DNA from: the human T2T-CHM13v2.0 reference genome, Homo sapiens
Reading direction: 5' to 3' (one strand)
NCBI RefSeq assembly: GCF_009914755.1
Contig: NC_060926.1
Length of the DNA: 64,000 nucleotides
Position 1 is the first letter of the stretch, and every line of letters starts with the position of its first letter. This document shows positions 1 through 16,676 of the stretch, one piece after another. Made by a program: the position numbers and the translations under genes. A model generated the notes under the pieces. It was not told where the DNA came from. It worked only from the letters and a program-made list of their open reading frames with translations, and did no database searches.

Positions 1-1189
1 GAATAAAGATCATTTTGTCATTATAAATTATTCTTTTTACATATCACTGGTTTGTTAATATTTTATTTAGAGTTTTTCATCTATGATAATGAGGAGCCTT
101 TAATTTTACTTTTTGCAACTTTCAGTTTATGTTATTGAGATTATGCTGTGCTTAGGAAGTAGTTTAAAGTGTTTCTTCTTTTTCCGTTAACTGAAGTTTT
201 TATGTAAGTTTAATATTGTCTCACATATTTTGAAGAATTCAGTTGGGAAAACAACTGGGTTCAAAGTTTTCTCTTCTGTGTAATTTTTAACTGCTGGTTA
301 AATTTCTTTAATAGATACAGAGCTATTGAGACTTTTTACTCCTTATTTGATTAGCTTTTGCTAATTTTCCATAAGTCAAGTTAATCTAAATTTTAAAGTA
401 TAGTGATGTTTTATTGTTCATAATATACTTTTTGCTTTCTTTATTTTTTCAATATTTATAGTTTCAGTACTTACAGCCCTCTTTAATTCACAACATCATT
501 GGTAATTTGTTGTCTCTCAATTTCCCTCTCTCTTCTTTTACTGATTAATCGATTCATTGATTATTGTTTGTATTGCTTTTAAATTATCAAATTTATTAAT
601 ATTTTGAAAATGGTAATTTTTCAAATTGCCAATTTTATTTTTTATGTCTTTTTACAATTTATTGATTCTGCCATTTTATTAGTTTATTTCTAGTGTTTTC
701 TCTGATTGTGCTATGCTGTTCTTTTAAGTTGTTGAAATAAATGCTGATATAATTGGTTACAGCCCCTCTTCTATTTACTGCATCCCAGAAGTTTTGATAT
801 GCCATATTTTGCTTGTATACAGTTTAAAATATATTTCCATTATATTTTATTTTTAATAAATTGGTTATTTCAAAATATAGTTCTTAATTTTCATATATGG
901 GGCATTTTCTTGTTATCTTTCAAAAGTTGATATCTAGCTACATTCCATTGTGCTAGAAAAATTATTCATATACATTATTTGAAATTTGTTGATTTTGCTT
1001 AACAACACAAGTTTTTTCAGTTATTGTTCTACATATATACTCTATAAAAAGTTGTCTTTCGTAGTTGCTAGACATAGTGTTTTATACGGCAGTTAGAGAA
1101 ATTTTTCTCATTGTGCAGCTCACATATTCTGTAAACTTACTAACATTTGGTTTGGTTGTTTGGTCAGTTCCTGAGAGAAATTAGTTTAA

Positions 1190-2046
1190 AAATCAAAAAA
1201 CCCCATCTAAAAGTGGGCAAAGGATATGAACAGACACTTTTCAAAAGAAGACATTTATGTACCCAATAGACACATGAAAAAATGCTCATCATCACTGGTC
1301 ATCAGAGAAATGCAAATCAAAACTGCAATGAGACACCATCTTACACCATTTAGAGTCGTGATCATTAAAAAGTCAGGAAACAGCAGGTGCTGGAGAGGAT
1401 GTGGAGAAATAGGAATGCTTTTACACTGCTGGTGGGAGTGTAAACTAGTTCAACCATTGTGGAAGGCAGTGTGGCAACTCCTCAAGGATCTAGAACTAGA
1501 AATACCATTTGACCCAGCCATCCCATTACTGGGATTGTAAATCCCAAAGGATTATAAATTATGCTACTAGAAAGACACATGCACATGTATGTTTATTGCG
1601 GCACTATTTACAATAGCAAAGACTTGGAACCAACCCAAATGTCCATCAATGATAGACTGGATTAAGAAAATGTGGCACATATACACCATGGAATACTATG
1701 CAGCCATAAAAAAGGATGAGTTCATGTCCTTTGTAGTGACATGGATGAAGATGAAAACCATCATTCTGAGCAAACCATCACAAGGACAGAAAACCAAACA
1801 CTGCATGTTCTCACTCATAGGTGAGAACTGAACAATGAGAACACTTGGACACAGGGCGGGGAACATCACACACTGGGCCTGTCATGGGATGGGGGGAGGG
1901 AGGAGGGATAACATTAAGAGAAATACCTAATGTAAATGAAGAGTTAATGGGTGCAGCACACCAACATGGCACATATTTACATATGTAACAAACCTGCACG
2001 TTGTGCACATGTACTCTAGAACTTAAAGTACAATAATAATAAAAAA
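1190..2046 (+). mobile_element. 5'-truncated L1PA (L1PA5-like): end of ORF2, 3'UTR and A tail
   Basis: ORFs 1226-1540 and 1589-1831 translate to the ORF2p C-terminus ([22 protein letters not shown]). G-rich 3'UTR, then cttaaagtacaataataataaaaaa. Confidence 0.95.
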
Positions 2047-3065
2047 CTCCATATATAATTATAAATTTGTTGATATGTCCATGAATTGTAAGCTTGTTTA
2101 TTAAATATTTTGAGTTCATTTAGTTAGGTACATAAACATTTAGCCTTGCTTTACTATCCTATTAAATTGACTATTTTATGAAGACTAAACAGCTTTCCTT
2201 ATAACTAGCAATGCTATAGCTTAAAGAGTATTTTGTCTGATATAATACAATGGCTTCACTTAGTTGATATTTTCATGTTATAGCTATTTTTATCTTTTTA
2301 ATGTCAACTTTTCTGTGTCTATAGCTTTTATATGTTTATTTTCTAATTAGCAGTCTTGCTCTTATTAGTAGCACTCCTGGTCTTTGGATGTGTGTGGTGG
2401 GGGGAGGAGATCATTTATATTAATTAAATGTAATTCCTAATAATTCAATATTTTTCTGCTTGTTTTATCTCTTTGTCCAGTTTTTTTGTCTTGCCTTCCT
2501 TAAATTTATCTATGGTTTGTCCTTAGTAAGTTTTCATACCCATTATTTTGTTATGTATTAATTTTCTTTCCTTTAATGCTTACCCTAAATTTTGCAACAT
2601 GAATCCTAAAATTACTACAATGTATTTTAATTTGTAATCATTCTAAATAATGCAAAACTTTGTGACATTTTAACCCATTTAATCTCTCTAGGCTTCATGC
2701 TATTATTACCTTATAATTTACTTATCTCTATATATTATTCCCACAAAAAGTAATTATTATGGTTTTGAATAATTAGTATTCATTTATATTTATGTTCATG
2801 TGTACTCTTTCTGGAATCTTAAATTCTTTATTACTTGGCTTTCATCTGAGATCATTTTCTCTCTCCTTAGGTAATTTATTTTATTTTTTAAGTACCAGTG
2901 GGCAACAAAAATTGTCTCTATTTTTTGCTTATCTAAAAATATCTATATTTCACCTTAATTTTTTGAAGGTAATTCTTTCTTGGTATAGAATTCTATGTTA
3001 GCAGGGGTTTTTGCTTTATTTTATTTTGTTTTATGAAGCACTTTAGATGCTGTTTATTTTCCAAA

Positions 3066-3398
3066 TTTATTTATTTAAAATCATATATAAAATTGTATGT
3101 ATTTACCATATACATGGCGTTTTAAAGTATATATACATTGTGGAATGGTTAAATCTAGTTAATTAAAAATGTATTACCTCACATTTTTATTTGGTAAGGC
3201 ACCAAAATACATAAGGAACTCAAACAACTTAATAGCAATAGCAAGAAAACAGATAACCCAATTTAAAAAGTGGACAAAAGACCTGAATAGACATTTCTCA
3301 AAAGAAGATAAATAATAACTGTCAAATGTATGACAAATCAACAGGGAAATGCAGATCAAAATCACAATGAGATATCACCTCACTATGGTTAGAATGGT
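3066..3398 (-). mobile_element. L1MA fragment: antisense 3' end (3066-3197) joined to a sense ORF2 piece (3201-3398), probable 5' inversion
   Basis: aaaattgtatgtatttaccatatac...attacctcaca matches the reverse complement of the L1MA 3' end. It is followed by sense aaggaactcaaacaact...gacctgaatagacatttctcaaaagaag. Confidence 0.7.
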
Positions 3399-3400
3399 AA

Positions 3401-3457
3401 ATATATATATATATAGTCATATATATCTTTTATATATATTTATATATATCTTTTATA
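3401..3457. repeat. Degenerate (TA)n microsatellite
   Basis: atatatatatatatagtcatatatatcttttatatatatttatatatatc. Confidence 0.8.
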
Positions 3458-4033
3458 AGTTGTTTTATTATCCTCTGGTTTTTGAAGATCACATATCATA
3501 TGTACTTGCTCATTTAAAGGTCATACATCTCCCACCATCCTTAGCCTTCTGGCTGCTTTTAAGATGTTCTGTGTGAAGTTTTCAGTAGATTTCCTATCAT
3601 GTACTAGGCATGATTCGTTTTGTATTCTTTATGATTGGAGTCCATAGATATTCAAATTTTGGTCTAATTTCTTTTCTCAGCTATGGAAAATTACTATTTT
3701 TTCAACAATTACTTGTGCTCCATTTTTATCCTATTCAATTGAGACTTCAATGACATACAAGTGTTTTTTTATTATTTAATTTTTGTTTTGTCTTGTTTCA
3801 CTGTGCCAAATATAGCTTTTATGCTCTTTAATGTATGTCTGTTCTCTGTGAATCCATTTGGACATTTTATAATTGACTAATCTTCCCTCTTTCTACATCT
3901 AATCTATTATTATAGCAACCTATAAAATTCTTTATTCCCATCCCTTTCTTATTTAATAGATTCTAGCTTTATGGTAAATTTGCTCAGTTTTTTTCTATTT
4001 TATTGTATTTATCATATTTGTTTTAGTTTTAAT

Positions 4034-4218
4034 TATTATTATTTTTGAGAGACAGTCCCACTCTGTCACCCAGGATGGAGAGCAGTGGCGCCATCTTGGC
4101 TCACTGTAACCTCCGACTCCCAGGCTCAGGTGATTCTCACACTCCTGGACTCAAGTGATTTGCCCACTTTTGCCTTCCAAAGTGCTGGAATTACAGGGGT
4201 GCACCACCACACCGAGCC
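4034..4218 (-). mobile_element. Old Alu (AluJ-like) with internal deletion
   Basis: Right-arm sequence to gtgattctcac jumps directly to left-arm actcctggactcaagtgat; the middle ~110 bp is missing. Confidence 0.85.
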
Positions 4219-4886
4219 TGTCATATTTATTTTTAAAGTACCTACTAGAAAAGTCCAATATGTGGATCTTTTGTGGCTCTCTATTGTCTATATTTTCTCT
4301 TAAAAACATCTTTAGCATTGTTTTTTGGAATGCATAATAATTTTTAAAAATTTGGACATTGTTTATGAAAAATTACAGTAACCACAGCTGATGTCATCTG
4401 CACCAAAAAAAAAAAGATTTAATTTGCTTTTGCCAAACGGAATTATATGGTATATAGAGTTGAAAAGAATATAAGTATATCTCAGGATTTAAATATTCAT
4501 AGCTCATTTTATTTACTTTGGAAAAATCTAGCATGTTTTCTAGCATGTGAGTTTTCTTCCAGTTCTCATGGTCAGATTATATTATGGTGAAATATCAGAA
4601 ACACAGGTGCCATAACTGTTGTACTCACAATAATATCTTAGTGGAACCAATGAGCATAGAAAATTGATAATCAATTACTTAGTAAAAGTTAGGTAATACT
4701 TTTAATAGCTCAAATGTTTTAACTTGTGAAAAATCATATTTTTGTCTGAAAGTAGTGATAAAGCCAAGTAACATATATATAATATATATACATATAAAAT
4801 ATATTAATATCTGCAAGCTACAGGGATATTATTGCATGCAACATGAATTTACACAAATGAGAAATAACTGAAACTGATTATCATAA

Positions 4887-5187
4887 TTTTTTTTTTTTTT
4901 TGAGACAGAGTGTCGCTCTGTCACCCAAGCTGGAGTGCAGTGGCGTGATCTCGGCTCACTGCAAGCTCCGCCTCCTGGGTTTACTTAGGCCATTCTCCTG
5001 CCTCAGCCTCCCAAGTAGCTGGGACTACAGGCGCCCGCCACCACACCAGGCTAATTTTTTTGTATTTTTAGTAAAGGTGGGGTTTCACCGTGTTAGCCAG
5101 GATGGTATCGATCTCCTGACCTCGTGATCCGCCCACCTCAGCCTCCCAAAGTGCTGGGATTACAGGCGTGAGCCACCGTGCCCAGCC
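4887..5187 (-). mobile_element. AluY, full length
   Basis: Diagnostic gcaagctccgcctcc and gttagccaggatgg; poly-T; TSD GATTATCATAATTT at 4876 and 5188. Confidence 0.95.
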
Positions 5188-8100
5188 GATTATCATAATT
5201 TTTTTAAGTAGTCAGATAATGTTCATACAATACTGAAGCTATTTATGTCCTTAAAATTTTCTCTATATATTCATATTTTCTTTATCTTTTATGTTTATAA
5301 ACACATTTTTTGAAAAATTATAACATGCAAACACGGCTAGCAGGTGAGAAGCAGAAAACCAAAACTGAGGTTAAAAAAATAGAGAGATACTTAAAATAAA
5401 GAAAGAAGGGGGGCAATAAAAGTCATATAGATTTAGTAATTGGCCTCAAGCCTATTTTAGGAAAATAAGTTTAAGTTAATATGTTCAAGATTTCTTAAGC
5501 AGACTGAAATCTAGCCCGGTTGTAACAGTTTTCTTGATGTTCTTGAGAAAATGAGTAATTTATACTAAATATGTGTTTCTTTGTAAGTGTTAAATAATAC
5601 ATAGATTTTAAAGAGTATTAATCTTAAATGTTATACAAATGAGTTTTAAGTTTTACTGCAACAGTTTAAATCTGTTCATATAATAAATATAAATTTCTTC
5701 ATTAGGTGAAATTTTTATGCTTATTTAGTGCTAACACAGCTGCCACTATACAAAATTTCTCTACTTTCTCAGTGAAAAAATGACTTTGTATCATACTTAA
5801 ATAGACAAAGTCTCCAAAATACTTGGAAAGGTAAATTTGAAGGAAAGACTATAGAGAAAAAAGTCCATTTTCTATATTTTTGCTATATAACTCAACTAAC
5901 AATATTTTTAGACATAAAATTCCCTTGTATTTTTTTTTACTAGTTTTGTTTTCACGTATTTTGAATGGTTTATTTTCTGATTTGGGACAATTAAATAAAC
6001 CAGACTTTCTATTAACCCACAAAGTGAAATGCTTACATTTTATAATCCTAGGTTATTGCAAAAATATTATTACATGATTGTCTAATTTTGAAATGTATAG
6101 CCCAATTGAATAATTCATTTATAAGTTGAATTAATTATTCAATTTATTTACAATATTAATCATCAAACATTTATTAAACACCTACTTTATCCATATGTTC
6201 AGAAAATATTCTGTAAAGTTTTAATCTTATTATGTTAGAGCTATTATTTTAAGTACAGTAATCAGAGTGGAGAAAACCCAATAATACTAAAAGTAATGTA
6301 TGTGTTTGAAATTCGTGAAAATGACAAAATGATTTATTAAAGGAGACACAACCTGAATACTGGCATTAAACTATTTCCACTTTATTACATATTACCTTAA
6401 ATATTAATGTATTATAAGATACTTAATTGAACTTTTTTTCCTCTTTATACTCCATCTTCAATCTTTTTTTCCATAGAAGTAAGCTAATCATTTGTGTTTC
6501 TTCCCTAAAGGAAGTTTGTGTTAACAAGGCTTCAATCCATGGGACCTATGTTTCTGATTTACATGTTTCTATATCCTAAATTTACTAACACAAATTAACA
6601 AAGCTTTTATTCATTACCCACAGGAATTAATGAAGAAAAGTCAGAGATTTGAAAGAATTTCCCTTCACTGGGACTGGGTTACAGGTTTGCTATTCCTCTC
6701 TCACTGAAGGCAGTGGCAAGGCCAGGGACAACTGGACCCAGGGCCCCTGGCTCCTGCATTCCCAGACTGCATGAAAATGTGCCTTTCTTATTTATGGCAG
6801 AGAAGAGAGCAGCAGGGCTTCTAAGGAACATGCACTTGGAAAATAGGGTAAGAATAGTATCCATAATGGAGGGGATATTTGTTTCCTTTTCTTCATTATT
6901 CAGACATGTATTAAGCCACACTGATTTTTGTGAAAACTGAGAATGAGCATTCAACTGTGCACAGCTATAAATTATCACACTTTTAGTCATTTCCTTTAGA
7001 ATTAGTCTGCAAAAGCTAACCTTTTTATATTTTTCATATTGAACTCTGGCTTACAAAATTAATTTCCAAATTGCTAAAGATTCAAAAGGGATTGATAAGG
7101 AATTCCTGCTCAAGGCTTCAGATTGATTATCTGAACCTATGATGTTGTTTCCATAATATTCTGCCTTAGCTACACCCAGATATAGTCATTAACTGCATGC
7201 CATTGTCCCAAAGAAGTCCATTTCAGGCCTTTCTCATTACACTTACTCCCTACTACTCTTAAATTTTACTTACTCATCACTTATGCAACGTTGCTTAGGG
7301 TTGAAAAAAAACTGCATTATTCATGTTGTTAAAATAATCATGTTGTTAAAAAAATACTCTATATCATGCCTCCCAAGATAACCTTGATTACTAAATTTTC
7401 TCAGGTGAAAGACACGTAACCAGTTGTTTTTATTTAATAAAACAAAAGTAAATTTAAAACATTAATTTTATTGTGCCTACTGTTGCCTTTGCAAATATGT
7501 TGAACCTGTTTGAAACTGCTTCTCCTACCCTGATGAAATCTTGAGAAGGTCCCATAGCTTTGCTGGCTACTTCATTTAAGCCCTGACCAGACATTAAAAA
7601 CAAAATAGACTTGCTTCTTCCTAAGGTCAATTGATATGCATAACCTAACAAAATTGAACCAAGAAGAAACAGAAAACCTCAATATACCAAAATGACTAGT
7701 GAGATTGAATCAGTAATACAAATTTCATAACAAAGAAAAGCTTAAGACCAGGTGTCTTCATTGTTGAATTCTACCAACCTTTAAAAGAAGAACTAACACA
7801 AATGCTTCTCAAACTATTCAAAAAATTGAAGCAGAAGAAATTCTTCCTAACTCATTCTATAAGGCCAAAATTACACTGATACCAAAACCAGACAAAGACA
7901 CAACAAAAAATAAAACTACAGGCCCATATCCCTGATTAACATAGATGCAAAAATCGTCAATCAAACAAGAGCAAACTGAATTCAACAGCACATTAAAAAG
8001 ATAATAGACTTGATCAAGCGGGATTTATCCCAGGGATGCAAGGATAATTCGACATATGCAAATCAATAAATATACTGAATCAACAGCATAAAGGATTAAA

Positions 8101-8298
8101 AACCATTTGATTATCTCAATAGATGCAAAAATACCACTTGATAGAATTCAATATCCATACATGATAAAAACATTCAACAAATTAGGTAGAGAAAGAACAT
8201 ACCTCAACACAATAAAGGCCATATATGACTAATCCACAGTTAACATCACACTGCATGGAGAAAAGCTGAAAGCTTTTACTTTATGATCAGGAAAAGAC

Positions 8299-10251
8299 CA
8301 AAACAGCATGGTACTGGCACAAAAACAGCAATCCCATTATTGGATATATACCCAAAGGAATATAAATCACTCTACCATAAAGACACATGCACATGTATGT
8401 TCACTGCAGCACTAGTCACAATAGCAAAGACATGGAATCAACTTAAAGGTCCATCAAGGTAGACTGGACAAAGAAAATGACAGGCATAACATGCATATAT
8501 ACCATGGAAGACTATACAGCCGTAAAAAAGAGCAAGATTATGTCCTTTGCAGCAACATGAATAAAGCTGGAGGCCATTATCCTAAGCAAACTAATGCAGG
8601 AATAGAAAACCAAATACTGCATGTTCTCACTTATAAGTAGGAGTTAAACAACAAGAATGCACGGACAGAAAGAGGGGAACAACAGACATCAGGGCCTACC
8701 TGAGGGTGAAGGACAGGAGGAGGAAAAGGATCAACAAACTACCTACTGTGTACTATTCTTATTACCTGGGTAACAAAATAATCTGTATACCAAATGCCCA
8801 TGACGCACAGTTTATCTATATAACAAACCTGCACATACATCCTTGAACCTAAAAAATAAGAATAAAGAAACACACAAAAAAAGACATATAGACTAATGGA
8901 ACTGAATAGAAAACTCAGAAATAAAGCCTCACACCTACAATCGTCTGATCTTAAACAAAGAGAATGAAAGCAAGCAATAGTGTAAGGACTCTATTTAATA
9001 AATGGTTCTGGAATAACTGGCTAGCCATAAGCAGATAAATAAAACTAGACACTTACCTTTCATCATTACAAGCATTAACTCAAGATGGATTAAAATGTAA
9101 ATGAAAGACCCCAAACAATTAAAATCCTAGAAGAAAACATTGAAAATGCCCTCTCAACATTGGCCTTGGCAAAGAATTTCTGACTAAGTCCCCGAAAGCA
9201 ATTGCAAAAAAACAAAAATTGAGAAGGGGAACCTAATTAAACTAAAAAGCTTCTCCACAGCAAGATAAACTATCAGCAGAGTAAACAGACAACCTACAGA
9301 ATGTGATAAAATACTCACAAATAGAGGCCTAATATCCAGAATCTACAGGGAACTTAAACAAATCAACAAGCCAAAAAGCAATAACCCCTTTAAAAATGGG
9401 CAAAGGACATGAATAGACACTTCTCAAAAGACGTGCAAATGGCCAAAACATGAAAAAATGTTCAACATCACTAATCATTAGAGAAATGCAAATCAAAACC
9501 ACAATAAGATACCATCTCACACAAGTCAGAATGGCTATTATTAAAAAGCCATAAAACAACAGATGTTGGCAAAGCTGTAGAGAAAAATGAATGGTTATAC
9601 ACTGTTGGTAGGAATGTAAATTAGCTCAGTCACTGTGAACAGCAGTTTGGAGGTTTTTCAATGAGCTTAAGACAGAATTACTATTCAACCCAGCAATCCT
9701 GTTACTGGGTATATACGCAAAAAATATATAATTATATTGTAAAAACACATGTACTCATATGTGCATCACAGCACAATTCACAATAGCAAAGACATGGAAT
9801 CAACCTAGGTTTCCAGCAATGGTAGATTAGAAAAAGAAAATGTGATACATATATACCATGAAATACTATGCAGCCATATAAAGGAAAAAGTCATGTCCTT
9901 TGCAGCACCATGTATGGATGGAGTGGGAGGACATAATCCTAAGCGAATTAATGCAGGAACAGAAAACTGAATACTGCATGCTCTCAATAATAAGTGGGAG
10001 CTAAATATTGAACTCATATGGACACAAACAAGGAAACAATAGACACTGTGGACTACTAGAGTAGGAGGGTAAATAGGGGCCATATTATTGATGGGTACCA
10101 AAAACTACCTATTGGATAATATATTCACTACATGGGTGCAATATATCTATGTAAAAATTCTGCACATGTACCCCCTGTGTCTAAAAGTAAAGGTGAAATT
10201 TAAATGAGAAAAAATACTAATAGAAAAATTAAAAAGAGAGAGAGAAAAAAT
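8299..10251 (+). mobile_element. 5'-truncated L1PA16/L1PB-age element nested in the L1MA
   Basis: caaaacagcatggtactggcacaaaaa continues at 8881 as aagacatatagactaatgg. 3' end cacatgtaccccctgtgtctaaaagtaaaggtgaaatt; TSD GAAAAGAC at 8291 and 10252. Confidence 0.85.
8326..8872 (+). mobile_element. Short L1PA15/16-like 3' end nested in the previous L1
   Basis: cagcaatcccattattggatatatacccaaagg...aaaataatctgtatacc...ccttgaacctaaaaaataag; flanking repeat CACAAAAA at 8318 and 8873. Confidence 0.85.
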
Positions 10252-10398
10252 GAAAAGACATGGATGCCCACTTTCACCACACCTACTGAACACAGTACTG
10301 GAAATCCTAGCTAGAGCAATTAGGCTAGAGAAAGATTAAAAAGGGCACCCCATTTGGAAGAGAGGAAGTCAAACTGTCCCTCTTTGCAAATGACGTTA

Positions 10399-10548
10399 TC
10401 ATATATATAAAAACGTAAGGACATCACCAATGGAAAATAATAGATTACCCAGAAATAAATCCGTGGATGAGCCTTGCTCACTGCTAGAGCAGCAGGCCAA
10501 GATCGAACTGCGAGGTGGCAGTCTGGCTGAGAGAGGGGCATCCGCCAT
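10399..10548 (-). CDS. L1 ORF0-derived 49-codon antisense ORF (27 aa ORF0 plus flank-derived tail); translation unproven
   Basis: GTAATGG start; manual translation MADAPLSARLPPRSSILACCSSSEQGSSTDLFLGNLLFSIGDVLTFLYI*, versus recalled ORF0 N-terminus MAGAPPPASLPPCSLISDCCASNQRDS. Confidence 0.35.
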   Translation of the reverse strand: MADAPLSARLPPRSSILACCSSSEQGSSTDLFLGNLLFSIGDVLTFLYI

Positions 10549-10865
10549 TACTGAGGCTTGAGTAGGTAAACAAAGTGGCCAGGAAGCTCAAACTGGGTGG
10601 AGCCCACCGCGGCGCAATGAGGCCTGCCTGCCTCTGTAGACTCCACCTCTGGGGGCAGGGCATAGCTGAACAAAAGGCAGCAGAAACTTCTGCAGACTTA
10701 AAAGTCTCCGTCTGACAGCTCTGAAGAGAGCAGTGATTCTCCCAGCATGGTGTTTGAGCTCTGAGAATGGACAGACTGCCTCCTCAAGTGGGTCCCTGAC
10801 CCCCAGGTAGCCTGAATGTGAAAGACCTCCCAGTAGGGGCCGACTGACGCCTCATACAGCCGGGT

Positions 10866-10994
10866 GCACCTGTGAGACAAAGCCTCCAGAGGAAGGATCA
10901 GGCAGCAATATTTGCTGTTCTGCAATATTTGCTGTTCTGGAGCCTCCACTGGTAATATTCAGATAAACAGGGTCTGGAGTGAACCTCCAGCAAG
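10866..10994 (+). promoter_or_regulatory. L1 5'UTR ~129-bp segment (ZNF93-target region) retained
   Basis: Sequence between cgggt and ctccaacagacctgcag is present here; it is deleted in late L1PA3, L1PA2 and L1HS. Confidence 0.7.
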
Positions 10995-11148
10995 CTCCAA
11001 CAGACCTGCAGCTGAGGGACCTGACTGTTAGAAGGAAAACTAACAAATAGAAAGGAATAGCATCAACATCAACAAAAAGGACATCCACAACAAAACCCCA
11101 TCTGTAGGTCACCATCATCAAAGAAAAAACGTAGATAAAACCATGAAG

Positions 11149-12174
11149 ATGGGGAGAAACCAGAGCAGAAAAGATGAAAATTCTAAAAACCAGAGAGCCT
11201 CTTCTCCTCCAAAGGATCACAGCTCCTCAACAGCAATGGAATAAAGCTGGACAGAAAATGACTTTGACGAGTTGACAGAAGTAGGCTTCAGAAGGTCGGT
11301 AATAACAAACTTCTCCGAGCTAAAGAAGGATGTTCGAACCCAATGCCAAGGGAGCTAAAAAACTTGAAAAAAGATTAGACGAATGGCTAACTAGAATAAA
11401 CAGCAGAGAGAAGAACTTAAATAACCTGATGGAGCTGAAAACCACGGCACAAGAACTACATGACACATACACAAGCTTCAGTAGCCAATTCGATCAAGTG
11501 GAAGAAAGGGTATTGGTGACTGAAGATCAAATTAATGAAATGAAGTGAGAAGAGAAGTTTAGAGAAAAAAGAATAAAAAGAAATGAACAAAGCCTTCAAG
11601 AAATATAGGACTATGTGAAAAGACCAAATCTACATTTGATTGGTGTACCTGAAAGTCATGGGAAGAATGAAACCAAGTTGGAAAACACCTACATGATATT
11701 ACACCCAGGAGAACTTCCCCAACCTAGCAAGGCAGGCCAACATTCAAATTCAGGAAATAAAGAGAACACCACAAAGATACTCCTCGAGAAGAGCACCCCA
11801 AGACACATAATTATCAGATTCACCAAGGTTGAAATGAAGGAAAAAATGTTAAGGGCAGCCAGAGAGAAAGGTCGGGTTACCCACAAAGGGAAGCCCATCA
11901 GACTAACAACATATCTCTTGGCAGAAACCCTACAAGTAGAAGAGAGTGGGGGCCAGTATTCAACATTCTTAAAGAAAAGAATTTTCAACCCAGAATTTCA
12001 TATCCAGCCAAACTAAGCTTCATAAGTGAAAGAGAAATAAAATCCTTTAAAGACAAGCAAATGCTGAGAGATTTTGTCACTACCAGGCCTGCCTTACAAG
12101 AATTCCTGAGGGAAGCACTAAACATGGAAAGGAACAACCGGTACCGGCCACTGCAAAAACATGCCAAATTGTAA
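11149..12174 (+). pseudogene. L1 ORF1 (disrupted)
   Basis: ATGGGGAGAAACCAG start and catgccaaattgTAA end. Premature TAA at 11242-11244 plus further stops and frameshifts; fragments KRPNLHLIGVPE and PRHIIIRFTKVEMKEKMLRAAREK. Confidence 0.93.
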
Positions 12175-12237
12175 AGACCATTGATGCTAGGAATAAACTG
12201 CACCAACTAACGGGCAAAATAACCAGCTAACATCATA

Positions 12238-16034
<3,797 letters not shown>

Positions 16035-16676
16035 ACAATGAGAAAACTTGGACACAGGGCAGGGAACATCACACACCAGGGCCTGTCATGGGGTGGGGAG
16101 CTAGGGGAGGGATAGCATTAGGAGAAATACCTAATGTAAATGACGAGTTAATGGGTGCAGCATACCAACATGGCACATGTATACATATGTAACAAACCTG
16201 CACATTGTGCACACGTACCCTAGAACTTAAGGTATAATAAAATAAATAAATAAATAAAATAAATCCGTGTATTTACTACCAACTGATTTTCGATAAAGGC
16301 ACTGAGGACATACATTAAATAAACAACAGTACTTCAATAAATGGTGTTATAAAACTAAATATTTATATGTAGAAGAATGAAACTAATCCCTTATCTTTTA
16401 CCATATACAACAATCTACTCAAAATTGAATATTCAAAATTGATAGGAAGAGTAAGTTCTAGTGCTCTATAGCATTGTAGGGTGACTACAGTTAACAATTT
16501 ATTGTATATCATCAAATAGCTAAAAGAGAGGATTTTGAAAGTTCTCAACACAAAGAAATGATAAATTTTTAAGGTAATAGATATACTAATTACCCAGACT
16601 TGCTCACTACAAATTGTATACATGTATCAAAACATTCTGTATTCTATAAATGTGTACAATTGTCAAGTATCAACTA

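Larger units (their letters stand above)
20..4400 (-). mobile_element. Ancient L1M (L1ME/MD-like) ORF2-to-ORF1 relic, antisense, interrupted by younger insertions
   Basis: T-rich strand with decayed antisense-L1 phrases, e.g. gtttgttaatattttatttagagtttttcatctatg (~50), cagttcctgagaga (~1165), tggctgcttttaagatg (~3550). Boundaries approximate. Confidence 0.6.

Noticed and set aside
6679-6990. Overlapping opposite-strand ORFs (103 and 75 aa)
   Set aside because: No recognisable domain; expected by chance in a locally GC-richer block.
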